Assembly (NCBI GenBank): GCA_027319565.1
Contig: DAHVNA010000004.1
Coordinates: 25,522 to 89,521, forward strand
DNA from: Elusimicrobiota bacterium
Lineage (GTDB): Bacteria > Elusimicrobiota > Elusimicrobia > UBA1565 > UBA9628
Length of the DNA: 64,000 nt
Direction of reading: 5' to 3'
Shown here: positions 24,837-34,268 of the stretch, piece after piece
Layout: each line of letters opens with the position of its first letter
Numbering within the stretch: the first letter of the stretch is position 1
Made by a program: the position numbers and the translations under genes
Notes under the pieces: model-generated
Database searches by the model: none
Told to the model about the DNA's origin: nothing
The model's input: the letters and a program-made list of their open reading frames with translations, nothing else

Positions 24837-26919
24837 TTTTATTTAAGAAGGCCTCGTTGTTGGGTTCGCGTCCCAGGAAGTCTTTCATCGATTCCATTTC
24901 CGGCCGCTCGCTTCCCTGTTCAAGAATTTTTTTCCTGTAATCCATGCCGACCGCGGGGTTTAAAACGCCTTCTTTTTTAAAGCGGGAAAACATATCATCG
25001 GCAAAAACCTCCGACCACAGGTAAGAATAATATCCGGCTCCGTAGCCTCCCAAGAGATGCCCGAAGCTGGCGGCAAAGTGAGTGTTTTCTTGGGGCGGGA
25101 AAAGCCCGATCCAGCCCATGATTTGATTGAAAATCGTATTGACATCGCTGGGAACGGTCGCGTGGACGGCGAGGTCGGCCAGGGCAAAGGAAAGTTGCCG
25201 CAGGTAGGCCAAGGATTGTCCGAGTTTTTTAGAGCGCTTCATTTGCTTGAGAAATGGAGAGGGAAGTTTCTTTGAAGAATCGCGGTAGTGGCCGGAGATA
25301 TTTTTTAAAATCTTGGGTTCCCAAACGAAGTGTTCCATCATCTGGGAGGGAGCTTCGACAAAATCCAGGGCGACGTTAGAGCCGGCAAAGCTGGCGTATC
25401 TTGCCTTGGTCAGGGTTTGATGCATCAGATGCCCGAACTCGTGGAAAAATGTCTCCACCTCGTCGAAATTAAGTAGAGCCGGGCGATCGGAGCGCGGAGG
25501 GCTGAGATTGGCGACCATGGCCGCCACGGGGTTTTTATATCCATCCTTGAGTTCTCTTCCGTTGATTAAAGGAAAGGCCGCGGCATGTCCGAATTTTCCG
25601 GGACGAGGATAGAGATCAAGATAAAAATGCCCGATTCTTCCATTGGTTTTTGCGTCTCTGATTTCAAAGGCGCGAACGTCCTTGTGCCAAACATCGGGGT
25701 TTTGAATTTCAGAAAAACGAAGGCCTAAAATTTGTTGATAGCTTTTAAGCGTGCCTTCGACGACTTGATTGACCGGAAAATATTCTTTTAATGAGCCCTC
25801 GTCTAATTGATTTTGGCTCTGATGCCATTTGCCGAGATAATAGCCTTTTTCCCATGAATGAACCTCTTGGGCCTCGGTAAAATCTTTTTTCTTGATTTTT
25901 AGAAGCTCTTTTAGTTCCGCGTCGCCCTTGGAGCGCAGAATCGGCAAGAGCCCGTTTAGAAAGTTCCAGACATTTTCGGGCTTCTCGGCCATACGGCCTT
26001 CAAGGGCCATTTCCGCATAAGAAGGATATCCTTGGGCCTTGGCCGATTCATCTCTGAGCTTGAGAGCTTCTTGGAGAAGGGGGATGTTTTTTTCGGCCGC
26101 GCGATTGTTGTATTTAAATTCGAGTTCTTTTCTGAGTTTTGAATTTTCGGCTTGCTGCATGAATGGGACGTAATCCGGATATTTGAGGGTGACGATATAT
26201 TTTCCATGGGCGTCTTTTTGAAGCCCGTCGACATAGTCTTGGGGGAGACCCTTGAGTTCGTCTCGGCTGACCGCGATAAAATCAGCGCTGTCGTTGATGT
26301 TTCTCTGAAATTCCATCGCGATTTGTCCTAAACGTTCCTCTATTTTGTTGAGTTTTTCCCTTTTATCCGCTGAGAGGCCTACCCCGCGAGACTGAAGGCT
26401 TTCAAGGCTGGTTTTAAGCAAAAGAGCGTCTTTGGAATCGAGATTCTCTTGTTTTTGAGCGCAGAGGCTTAAGGAGTTATACAAGGCTTCGTAATCGACA
26501 TTGGCATCGAATTTCTGGGCTTTTTCCTCGATTTGTTCCGCCGCCTGGCGAATTTGCGGATTGGGAGAAACCTGGCTTAAAAAAATCAGGGGCTGGATTT
26601 TGTCTGAATAGTCAGCGGAGGCTTCCTCCAAGGCTTTGGCGGTATTCTCAAAATTAATTTGATCTGGGGGAGTTGAGATAATCTTTTGGATCTGGGTTTG
26701 ATAGCGGGTTTCCGCTTCCTGATATTGCCCGAGCATTTCCTGGGGGCTTAGGAAAAAAGACAGTTCGGGCCCTGCCAGGGGGTGGTTGAGGGGTAAAGAT
26801 TCGGAAGCGGGAACTTCTGACTCGCTTAAATTGGCGGCCATTAAAGCCGCGTTTTGGAAGACAAGCGCGGCAATGAGCAGCGAGAGAATTATTTTTTTGG
26901 CGCGAGAGTTTCTATTCAT
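24826..26919 (-). CDS. Secreted M3A metallopeptidase (thimet oligopeptidase-like)
   Basis: FYLDLYPRPGK, FFHEFGH, DFVEAPSQ, AGYYSYLWSEV; N-terminal signal peptide. Confidence 0.95.
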   Translation of the reverse strand: MNRNSRAKKIILSLLIAALVFQNAALMAANLSESEVPASESLPLNHPLAGPELSFFLSPQEMLGQYQEAETRYQTQIQKIISTPPDQINFENTAKALEEASADYSDKIQPLIFLSQVSPNPQIRQAAEQIEEKAQKFDANVDYEALYNSLSLCAQKQENLDSKDALLLKTSLESLQSRGVGLSADKREKLNKIEERLGQIAMEFQRNINDSADFIAVSRDELKGLPQDYVDGLQKDAHGKYIVTLKYPDYVPFMQQAENSKLRKELEFKYNNRAAEKNIPLLQEALKLRDESAKAQGYPSYAEMALEGRMAEKPENVWNFLNGLLPILRSKGDAELKELLKIKKKDFTEAQEVHSWEKGYYLGKWHQSQNQLDEGSLKEYFPVNQVVEGTLKSYQQILGLRFSEIQNPDVWHKDVRAFEIRDAKTNGRIGHFYLDLYPRPGKFGHAAAFPLINGRELKDGYKNPVAAMVANLSPPRSDRPALLNFDEVETFFHEFGHLMHQTLTKARYASFAGSNVALDFVEAPSQMMEHFVWEPKILKNISGHYRDSSKKLPSPFLKQMKRSKKLGQSLAYLRQLSFALADLAVHATVPSDVNTIFNQIMGWIGLFPPQENTHFAASFGHLLGGYGAGYYSYLWSEVFADDMFSRFKKEGVLNPAVGMDYRKKILEQGSERPEMESMKDFLGREPNNEAFLNKIKE

Positions 26920-26954
26920 AACGTTTATTATAGGCGAGTTTTATTGATTAGGTA

Positions 26955-26995
26955 AGGGGCATTGGACCTAAAGGCTGGCTAGGACTTTAGGGTAG
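26955..26995 (-). promoter_or_regulatory. TAGGnCnnnnGnCC site(s) upstream of the M3 peptidase
   Basis: Minus strand taggtccaatgcccct (26970-26955), weaker copy at 26980-26995; TATAAT at 26932-26927. Confidence 0.55.
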
Positions 26996-28111
26996 GTTTT
27001 TGCTTAGCGCGTTTAGGCGCTCATCGGCCCTTGTCCATTCATCGTCCGCATGGGGGCCGACGACCGTGTAATGCCCCATTTTCCGGCCAGGGCGGGCTTC
27101 TGATTTTCCGTAGAGGTGGACTTTGAGGCCTGGGATGCCCTCAAGCGCGTTCCAGTTCGGCTCGCCACCGCTCCAGATGTCTCCCAGTAAATTGACCATG
27201 ACGGCGGGCCCTTTCATCGCGCAGGAGCCTAGCGGTAGGCCTCCAACGGCGCGCGCGTGTTGCTCGAATTGAGAGGTCTCGCAGGCTCCTAATGTGTAGT
27301 GGCCGCTGTTGTGCACGCGCGGAGCGATTTCGTTGACGAGCAACCGATCGTCCGGCAGGAGAAACATCTCCACCGCCATCACTCCGACGTGGCCGAGAGT
27401 TTCCGCAATTGTAAGCGCGAGTTTCTCGGCTTTGAGCGCGGTGTCTTTCGTGATAGCAGCCGGCGCTCGGGTCATGTGGAGAATGCCGTTTCTGTGGATG
27501 TTTTCGGCGATAGGGTAAACGGCGACGCGTCCATCGCGGCCGCGCGCGAGGATGACGGAGATTTCTTTCTTGAATAAAACGAGACTTTCCCAAACGCATG
27601 GCTCTTTCAGGACGTTGGCGGCTTTCGCGGTGTCGGCTGCGGAGTTAATTCGCGCTTGGCCTTTGCCGTCATAGCCGCGCGTTCGCCGTTTGAGGATGAC
27701 CGGAAACGGAAGGTTTTCTGCCGACGCGGCTTCTCCATAGGGCGTTTGCGGAAAGCCGTATTCATCAAGGAATTTTTTTTGAACAAGTCTGTCTTGAATT
27801 TTCGCGAGGACCGACGGCGCGGGGAAAAGGGGTTTCATGCACGCGATTTCTTCCAGAACCGAGAGGGCGATCAGTTCCCACTCAAGGGTGATGATGTCGC
27901 TTAATTGCGCCAAACGCCGCGCGGCGGAAATATCATCGACGGAGCCAACAATGGGAACATCCACAATTTGAAGCGCGGGAGAGTTTTTGTCCGCGTCAAG
28001 CGCGGCCGTTTTCCATCCGAGATTCTTGGCCGCCTGGGCGATGAACCGCCCGAGCTGTCCGCCTCCTAATATTCCCAGGGTTTTCCCGAAAGAGAGCGCT
28101 TCTTTTGTCAC
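26987..28111 (-). CDS. purK: N5-carboxyaminoimidazole ribonucleotide synthase
   Basis: [34 protein letters not shown]...RPGRKMGH. Confidence 0.97.
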   Translation of the reverse strand: MTKEALSFGKTLGILGGGQLGRFIAQAAKNLGWKTAALDADKNSPALQIVDVPIVGSVDDISAARRLAQLSDIITLEWELIALSVLEEIACMKPLFPAPSVLAKIQDRLVQKKFLDEYGFPQTPYGEAASAENLPFPVILKRRTRGYDGKGQARINSAADTAKAANVLKEPCVWESLVLFKKEISVILARGRDGRVAVYPIAENIHRNGILHMTRAPAAITKDTALKAEKLALTIAETLGHVGVMAVEMFLLPDDRLLVNEIAPRVHNSGHYTLGACETSQFEQHARAVGGLPLGSCAMKGPAVMVNLLGDIWSGGEPNWNALEGIPGLKVHLYGKSEARPGRKMGHYTVVGPHADDEWTRADERLNALSKNLP

Positions 28112-28608
28112 GGGCTCAGACGGTCTTTGAGGACCGCGGCCGTTTGCCGCGCGCGGAAGGTTTTGACGCGGCGAGAAAGCTCGGCATTCGAGAGAGCGAG
28201 AATTTGAGCGGCGAGATGTCCGGCGTTGGCCGCGCCCGGTTCCCCAATCGCGAGCGTCCCGACTGCGACGCCGCGCGGCATTTGTGCGATGGATAAAAGT
28301 GAGTCAAGCCCTTTGAGGGCTTTAGAAGCCACTGGGACGCCGAGAACCGGGAGAGTGGTTTTTGAAGCGGTCATGCCGGGTAAATGCGCAGCGCCTCCTG
28401 CGCCAGCGATAATGACTTTAATTCCGCGCGCCTCGGCTGTTGCGGCATAACGCATCAGCTTATCCGGCGTGCGGTGAGCGGAAATAATCGCCGCCTCGTA
28501 GGGCACCTCGTAATTTTTTAGAACCGCAGCCGCGGCCTTCATCGTTTTCCAGTCCGATTTTGATCCCATGATGATGGCGACGAACGGCGTTTTTTTTAGG
28601 CGCTTCAT
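28108..28608 (-). CDS. purE: N5-CAIR mutase
   Basis: [31 protein letters not shown]. Confidence 0.98.
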   Translation of the reverse strand: MKRLKKTPFVAIIMGSKSDWKTMKAAAAVLKNYEVPYEAAIISAHRTPDKLMRYAATAEARGIKVIIAGAGGAAHLPGMTASKTTLPVLGVPVASKALKGLDSLLSIAQMPRGVAVGTLAIGEPGAANAGHLAAQILALSNAELSRRVKTFRARQTAAVLKDRLSP

Positions 28609-28609
28609 G

Positions 28610-28641
28610 CGAATTCCAGGGACAGCATACTTAATTCAAAT
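28610..28641 (+). repeat. Direct repeat copy 1 (CGAATTCCAGGGACAGCATACTTAATT)
   Basis: 27 bp identical to 33283-33309; 31 of 32 bp when extended. Confidence 0.9.
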
Positions 28642-28687
28642 CCTTTTCGGCATCAGGAAACGTCATTCTACTATTTTCACCGACCAA

Positions 28688-28765
28688 TCTCCCGTGCCAC
28701 AGAAGATAAATCGCGGGATAGGCGAGAAGCTCCAAAATAAAGGATCTCAAAAAATCGGCGCCCAT
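28688..28765 (-). pseudogene. Short remnant of a cusA 3' end
   Basis: Encodes MGADFLRSFILELLAYPAIYLLWHGR versus CusA MVGGLFTSFILELLVYPAIYLLWHGR. Confidence 0.85.
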
Positions 28766-28812
28766 TGTTGTTTGTGGATGCGGGCGTTTTGCCGCCCCGC
28801 AACGGCACACTT

Positions 28813-29109
28813 TCATTTAATCTTTGGACCCCGCAGTTGTCCATCGATCAATTTAAGCAGTTGGTGGATTTGACTTCGTTTTTCGATAGGATGGCGGAGG
28901 TGCCGATCCGGATCAACGCGATAGCGATTTCGCCTTCCCTCTTTGATGACCGACAGATAGCCGCCCTCAATTAAGTCGGAGACGATGCGCTGTGTAGCTC
29001 GTTCGGTGATCCCAATGGCACGGGCCACGTCCTTGAGCCTAACGGCGGGGTCTGAGGCGATACAAAGAAGCGCGTGTCCATGATTGGTAAGAAATGTCCA
29101 TGCTTTCAT
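28813..29109 (-). CDS. Small winged-helix transcriptional regulator (WTFLTNH family, MarR/AsnC-like)
   Basis: WTFLTNHGHALLCI, RLKDVARAIGITERATQRIVSDL, KEGRRNRY. Confidence 0.9.
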   Translation of the reverse strand: MKAWTFLTNHGHALLCIASDPAVRLKDVARAIGITERATQRIVSDLIEGGYLSVIKEGRRNRYRVDPDRHLRHPIEKRSQIHQLLKLIDGQLRGPKIK

Positions 29110-29233
29110 TATAAGATTGTGTCATAAAACAAGCCGCACAAAAAATTTATTTTGCGGCCGATCGTATTATAACGTCAAATTAACATCTCTGCGGGGCGGC
29201 GCCTGCCCGTCTTATAAATAGGACATTTAAAAC

Positions 29234-29254
29234 ACGATAATATTATCGTATAAT
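29234..29254 (+). promoter_or_regulatory. Perfect 16-bp palindrome ACGATAATATTATCGT overlapping the icd -10 (TATAAT 29249-29254)
   Basis: Seen directly; lies between the divergent HTH gene and icd. Confidence 0.7.
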
Positions 29255-29278
29255 AGCTGGAGTCTAAAGGAGGACACA

Positions 29279-30739
29279 TTGAATAACAAAACGCCTATCA
29301 CCATCGCCTACGGAGACGGAGTCGGCCCGGAAATTATGGAGGCCACTCTTCGAATACTAGAGGCTGCCGGAGCGCTCCTTGAACCGGAGCGAATTCAGAT
29401 CGGAAAGGAAGTTTATTCGCGGGGTTTTTCCGCGGGCATCGAGCCTTCTGCCTGGGAGTCTTTGCGGCGCACGAGGATTTTTCTTAAAGCTCCCATTATG
29501 ACACCGCAAGGCGGAGGCTTTAAAAGTCTCAACGTGACCATTCGTAAGACCCTGGGCTTGTATGCCAATGTGCGCCCTTGCGCGGCGTACGCGCCGTTTG
29601 TCAGCACCCGGCATCCGCTAATGGATGTGGTGATAATTCGCGAAAACGAGGAGGACCTTTACGCAGGCATTGAGCACAGACAGACCGACGAGGTGATTCA
29701 ATGCCTGAAGCTCATCACGCGGCCGGGCTGCGAGAGAATTATACGATACGCCTTTGAATATGCGAGTTCCCATCATCGCTCGAAGGTGACCTGCATGACC
29801 AAGGACAACATAATGAAACTTACCGATGGATTGTTTCACGAAGTGTTCGGGGAAATCGCGGCGCAATATCCCGCCATCAAGAGCGAGCATATGATTGTGG
29901 ATATCGGCGCGGCGCGGCTGGCTGATTCTCCCGAGCAGTTCGATGTCTTGGTTCTTCCAAACCTCTACGGCGACATTCTCTCGGACATCGCCGCCCAGAT
30001 ATCGGGCTCCGTGGGACTGGCGCCGTCGAGCAACATCGGCGAGAATGGAGCGATGTATGAAGCGATTCATGGATCGGCGCCGGACATTGCGGGGCGGGAC
30101 CTTGCCAATCCTTCCGGACTATTGCTTTCTTCCGTGATGATGTTGGTTGATATCGGGCAACCGAAGGTCGCGGAGCGCATTCATAACGCGTGGTTGAAAA
30201 CCATTGAGGATGGAGTTCATACCGGGGATATGTTTACCGAAGGCCTAAGCGTTTGTCGAGTCGGCACGCGCGACTTTACCAACGCAGTCATTGAGCGGCT
30301 GGGAGCGCTTCCCGAAAGACTCAAGGTTGCGAATTATTCAACCTTCGCCCCCTCCCGTTCCGCGCTCGCGGGAAAAAAATGGGAACGTCAAGCGCCGCTG
30401 CGGAAAGATTTAGTAGGAGTGGACGTGTTTGTTCACTGGCGCAATGGCGCCCCGAACGATCTTGGAAAACTCCTGAACCAGGCGAGTAACGACGCCTTGA
30501 AACTCATCATGATCACCAATCGCGGGGTGAAGGTCTGGCCGGATGGGTTTCCGGAGACTTTCTGCACCGATCATTGGCGATGCAGATTTGTTTCTCCGCA
30601 AAATGGGAAGAGCATCTCTCATCGTGATATCATCGGCCTGCTTGAGCGAGTCGAAAAGAGCGGACTAGATTTCATCAAAACTGAGAATTTGTGTAATTTC
30701 GACGGCAAGCCTGGCTATTCATTGGGTCAAGGCCAATGA
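29279..30739 (+). CDS. icd: NADP-dependent isocitrate dehydrogenase (long type with C-terminal extension)
   Basis: GDGVGPEI, KSLNVTIRK, IRENEEDLY, PNLYGDILSD, EAIHGSAPDIAG, ends GYSLGQGQ; AAAGGAGG RBS, TTG start. Confidence 0.96.
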   Translation: MNNKTPITIAYGDGVGPEIMEATLRILEAAGALLEPERIQIGKEVYSRGFSAGIEPSAWESLRRTRIFLKAPIMTPQGGGFKSLNVTIRKTLGLYANVRPCAAYAPFVSTRHPLMDVVIIRENEEDLYAGIEHRQTDEVIQCLKLITRPGCERIIRYAFEYASSHHRSKVTCMTKDNIMKLTDGLFHEVFGEIAAQYPAIKSEHMIVDIGAARLADSPEQFDVLVLPNLYGDILSDIAAQISGSVGLAPSSNIGENGAMYEAIHGSAPDIAGRDLANPSGLLLSSVMMLVDIGQPKVAERIHNAWLKTIEDGVHTGDMFTEGLSVCRVGTRDFTNAVIERLGALPERLKVANYSTFAPSRSALAGKKWERQAPLRKDLVGVDVFVHWRNGAPNDLGKLLNQASNDALKLIMITNRGVKVWPDGFPETFCTDHWRCRFVSPQNGKSISHRDIIGLLERVEKSGLDFIKTENLCNFDGKPGYSLGQGQ

Positions 30740-31599
30740 GAGAAAAAATCGGTCCTTATAATAAGCGAACCATTGCGCTCGCGACGAAACATCAAAAGCA
30801 GGAGGCGATAGCTCCCTCTTTCCAGCGGATCCTTGGAGCGTCCATCACAGTTCCGAAGGGAATTGATACCGACTTGTTCGGAACTTTTTCCGGTGAAATT
30901 GAGCGTGAGGGAACGATGTTGGAAACCGCTAGAAAGAAGGCGAGGTTGGCGATTAAAGTCAGCGGACTGCCCTTTGGGCTCGCTAGCGAAGGCAGCTTTG
31001 GGCCAGACCCTTCCTGTCCTCTTTTCCCGTGTGGAATAGAGTTGATTGTTTTTATTGATGACGAAAGAAAGATCGAAGTTGTGGAAAGTGACTTGACTGA
31101 AGAAACAAATTTCAGTTCCATAACGGCCGTTTCGGCCCGAGAGATCCATGATTTCTTGGAACACGTGCGTTTTCCTTCTCATCGCCTTGTTGTGTCGCCT
31201 GAGGGTAAAATGGATTTGAGTCTTTTGAAAAAAGGGATCGGTCGATTTTCTGAACTTGAGGAAGCTATTCAGGCCGCCGCTCGCGGATCTCCGACGGGAA
31301 AGGCGCTCATTGTGGCGGATATGCGCGCTCATATGAATCCGACTCGTATGGTTTGTCTCGAAAAATTGGCGGAAAAACTCGCTCGGCGTTTGGCTTCGCC
31401 CTGTCCCGTTTGCGGGGCTCCGGGGTGGGGGAGTGTCGGCGTTATCAAAGGGCTTCCCTGCGAGTCTTGCGGCTCTGAGACAGAACTCGTCGTCCAAGAA
31501 ATTTATGGCTGCGCCTCTTGCGCAACTCGCGAGAGTAAACCGCGTGGTGATGGGAAGATGTTCGCGGATCCAGGCGAATGCCCGCGATGCAACCCTTGA
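30736..31599 (+). CDS. Conserved protein with C-terminal Cys-rich zinc ribbons (DUF6671-like)
   Basis: ATKHQKQEAIAP, DTDLFGTFSGEIER, ASEGSFGP, DMRAHMNPTRM, four CxxC pairs; family name recalled, not searched. Confidence 0.75.
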   Translation: MREKIGPYNKRTIALATKHQKQEAIAPSFQRILGASITVPKGIDTDLFGTFSGEIEREGTMLETARKKARLAIKVSGLPFGLASEGSFGPDPSCPLFPCGIELIVFIDDERKIEVVESDLTEETNFSSITAVSAREIHDFLEHVRFPSHRLVVSPEGKMDLSLLKKGIGRFSELEEAIQAAARGSPTGKALIVADMRAHMNPTRMVCLEKLAEKLARRLASPCPVCGAPGWGSVGVIKGLPCESCGSETELVVQEIYGCASCATRESKPRGDGKMFADPGECPRCNP

Positions 31600-32579
31600 G
31601 TCCGGGGGCGATCATCCGCGCTGACGCCCGGAACATCCGGCGCGCGGCGGATATCCTGCGCGCTGGCGGGCTTGTCGCGTTTCCGACCGAAACCGTTTAT
31701 GGCCTTGGCGCGAGCGCTTTGGACAGCGCGGCCGTTCGCCGGATTTATCATGCTAAGGGCCGTCCCTCTGACAACCCGCTCATCGTTCATGTTGATGGCG
31801 AAGATATGCTTGCGCTTGTTGCCCGCCGCGTGCCGCCGCTTGCGCGGCGTCTGATCGCCGCATTTTGGCCAGGGCCGCTAACGCTTGTGCTTGAGAAGGC
31901 TGAGCGCGTTCCTCTATCCGTTACCGCTGGGTGCCGAACCGTCGCCGTGCGTTGCCCCTCTCACCCGGTCGCGCGGGCGTTGATTCACGCGCTTGGAGAG
32001 CCCATAGCCGCTCCCTCGGCCAATCGATCGGGGCGCCCCAGTCCGACAACCGCCGCGCATGTCGCCAACGATTTAGGTCAAAGAGTGGCCCTGATACTTG
32101 ATGGCGGGCCGTGTCGCTTTGGCCTTGAGTCTACGATCATCGATGCACGAGGTCAAAGTCCAGTCTTATTGCGTCCGGGAGCGTTGTCGCCTGAAGGAAT
32201 CTCGCGCATTGCCAATGCTCCCTTGGTTTCCTGTGGCCGCGCGGCTCCGCCTTCGCCCGGAACACGCCATCGTCACTACGCGCCATTGTGCCACGTCAAG
32301 CTCGTCTCTCCCTCAGCCGTGCGCTCCGGTCTTATCCCGGGTTTGGGGCCACGAGACGGCTTGCTTCACTATTCACGCTGGGGCGGTTTGCGCCCAGCTT
32401 TCCTTCCGGCCTTTGTGCAGCGCGTGTCGGCGGGTCCCGCGGCCTATGCGCGCGGCCTTTTCGCCGCTTTGCGCGCCGCAGAAAAGGCGGAAGTTCAAAC
32501 GCTGTTTGTCGAGACCTTGCCCGAGCGAGGCATTGGTCGCGCGATTATGGATCGATTGCGCCGCGCGGCCGAACGCTGA
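31578..32579 (+). CDS. sua5: Threonylcarbamoyl-AMP synthase, Sua5 type (YrdC + Sua5 domains)
   Basis: VAFPTETVYGLGA, KGRPSDNPLIVH, FWPGPLT, APSANRSG, PGTRHRHYAP. Confidence 0.95.
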   Translation: MPAMQPLSPGAIIRADARNIRRAADILRAGGLVAFPTETVYGLGASALDSAAVRRIYHAKGRPSDNPLIVHVDGEDMLALVARRVPPLARRLIAAFWPGPLTLVLEKAERVPLSVTAGCRTVAVRCPSHPVARALIHALGEPIAAPSANRSGRPSPTTAAHVANDLGQRVALILDGGPCRFGLESTIIDARGQSPVLLRPGALSPEGISRIANAPLVSCGRAAPPSPGTRHRHYAPLCHVKLVSPSAVRSGLIPGLGPRDGLLHYSRWGGLRPAFLPAFVQRVSAGPAAYARGLFAALRAAEKAEVQTLFVETLPERGIGRAIMDRLRRAAER

Positions 32580-32637
32580 CGTTCTCTCAAGAAACTAGGC
32601 CAAAGTAAGTTTTGTGTTCTTAGAGATTCCTGGAATT

Positions 32638-33282
32638 TTATTGTCCATCAACATCCCGCCCATGCCATAGAAGATAGATCGCGGGATAGACGAGGAGTTC
32701 CAGGATAAATGAGGTGAAAAGACCGCCGACCATGGGGGCGGCGATTCGCTTCATGACGTCTGCGCCCGTTCCGGTCGACCACATGGCCGGAAGAAGTCCC
32801 AGAAACGCGCAAGCGACCGTCATCATTTTTGGGCGCAGACGCTTGGCCGCGCCGTCATGAATCGCTTCTTTAAGATCGGCTTGCGTGTTAAGACGTCCGG
32901 CGGCGGCGCGCGCTTGTTTTTCGAGATTGAGATAGAGAAGCATGAAAATGCCCGTTTCGGCGTCAAGCCCTAAAAGAGCGATAAACCCTACCCAGACCGC
33001 GACGGAGAGATGATATCCCAAGAGCCACAACAGCCAAATCGCTCCGACTGCCGAGAACGGCACCGCGACTAAGACGATTCCCGCTTCAATCCAGGAGCCT
33101 GTGTTAAAGTAGAGAAGCAATACGATCAGCAAAAGAGCGAGCGGGCCGATGATGAGGAGCCTTTTCTCGGCTTTTTTCATCTGTTTATACTGTCCGCTCA
33201 ATTCATAACGATAGCCCGAAGGAAAAGTGACCGATTTCGCAATGGCCGCCTTGGCCTTTTGGACGTAACCCCCGATATCGGA
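32638..33282 (-). pseudogene. 645-bp near-identical duplicate of the cusA 3' portion (matches 34269-34910), lacking the 5' part
   Basis: Colinear with the full cusA, mostly synonymous differences; homology ends exactly at the 27-bp repeat. Confidence 0.92.
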
Positions 33283-33314
33283 CGAATTCCAGGGACAGCA
33301 TACTTAATTTAAAT
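33283..33314 (+). repeat. Direct repeat copy 2; a degenerate third copy lies at 33374-33399
   Basis: cgaattccagggacagcatacttaatttaaat; aatttcggggacagacttaattcaaa. Confidence 0.9.
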
Positions 33315-33389
33315 TCAGATCCCAGGCCCCATAAGATCGGCAATGTCGAGATGAAAATCCCGATGGATGCCACAATTTCGGGGACAGAC

Positions 33390-33518
33390 TTAATTCAAAA
33401 AATCGGATGAATTAATGATCCCCTGATCCCCATAGGTCACGGTCTTGGCGCGAAGCGTGCCAGCTGACATAAGAACGCAAGAGAGAGCGCTTAAAAATAT
33501 TTTTCGTTTCATTTTCAT
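33390..33518 (-). pseudogene. Truncated secreted-protein gene (signal peptide only; possibly a multicopper oxidase N-terminus)
   Basis: GGAG RBS; MKMKRKIFLSALSCVLMSAGTLRAKTVTY then runs into repeat sequence and stops. Confidence 0.5.
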
Positions 33519-33542
33519 GATTTATTCTCCGGTTCAAAATAT

Positions 33543-33971
33543 CTACATGTCCTTAAAAACCTGGGCGCCGCCGAGGCTTCCTTGATAAATCAAGAGCGCG
33601 ACCAGGAGCAATCCTAAAAAAAGATAGCCTGCGGCGGGCCGCCGGTTTCGTTTATAGAAATACGCGCGCCAAAGGGCTAGGGCAGGCACCAGCAGAGCGA
33701 GCGAGGTTCCAAGCCACTTGTGGATCATCATCCCCTGCACGCCCACGTCGTCCTTCATCCAAAAGAGCCAGCCTGTCAGCGCGGTCAAAGGCGTCACGGC
33801 GGCGACGTAGAGCATCGTCCACCAGCCGACTTCATTGAAAGATTTCCGCCCCGACCATCTTTCCAGAAAGTCGCTGCCGATGGAAACCGGAACCAAGGCC
33901 GTCGTGAAATTGACCAGGATCGGATGAATCTTATACTGCATGACCAGATGAGCCAGCATGATTTTTAACAC
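33543..33971 (-). CDS. DUF2231-like membrane protein (copper-cluster associated)
   Basis: IHPILVNF, ALTGW, HKWLG, QGSLGG..VF; 4 TM helices; AAGGAGG RBS before GTG. Confidence 0.8.
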   Translation of the reverse strand: MLKIMLAHLVMQYKIHPILVNFTTALVPVSIGSDFLERWSGRKSFNEVGWWTMLYVAAVTPLTALTGWLFWMKDDVGVQGMMIHKWLGTSLALLVPALALWRAYFYKRNRRPAAGYLFLGLLLVALLIYQGSLGGAQVFKDM

Positions 33972-34069
33972 TATTTTTCCTCCTTATGGTAGCGCCACTT
34001 CCAGACGGTGTAGATGGCAGGGTAGCTCAGAAGCTCCATGATGAAGAAAATGAAGTTGCCGAGAGTCAT
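33971..34069 (-). pseudogene. Divergent cusA C-terminal remnant (32-codon mini-ORF)
   Basis: MTLGNFIFFIMELLSYPAIYTVWKWRYHKEEK*; its TAG overlaps the GTG start of the DUF2231-like gene. Confidence 0.75.
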
Positions 34070-34083
34070 TGATGATCCGCTCA

Positions 34084-34216
34084 CATCACTCCGGCAATCC
34101 CTAAGCCGGAGTCCAGACTCTCAGAAAGCCTACCACTGGCCGCTCCCCAACAGACTTTGGAAGCGGCATTTCCTCGGCTTATGCCTCGGTCAGATTCCGG
34201 CGTTCGCCGGAATGAC
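34084..34216. repeat. Paired REP-like palindromes (actccggc..gccggagt and attccggc-gttc-gccggaatgac) enclosing a ~55-bp hairpin repeat
   Basis: Palindromes at ~34088-34112 and 34194-34213; inner 34137-34194 resembles 37491-37545. Confidence 0.7.
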
Positions 34217-34268
34217 GAACCTGAGCAGTTACTTTTCGCGAACAAAATATTTCCCTTGACTTGCGGTG

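Noticed and set aside
30727..31497. 256-aa minus-strand ORF
   Set aside because: Antisense shadow of the conserved Zn-ribbon gene
32638..33201. Independent functional 187-aa membrane protein
   Set aside because: It is the cusA C-terminal duplicate with no native start or RBS; treated as a pseudogene
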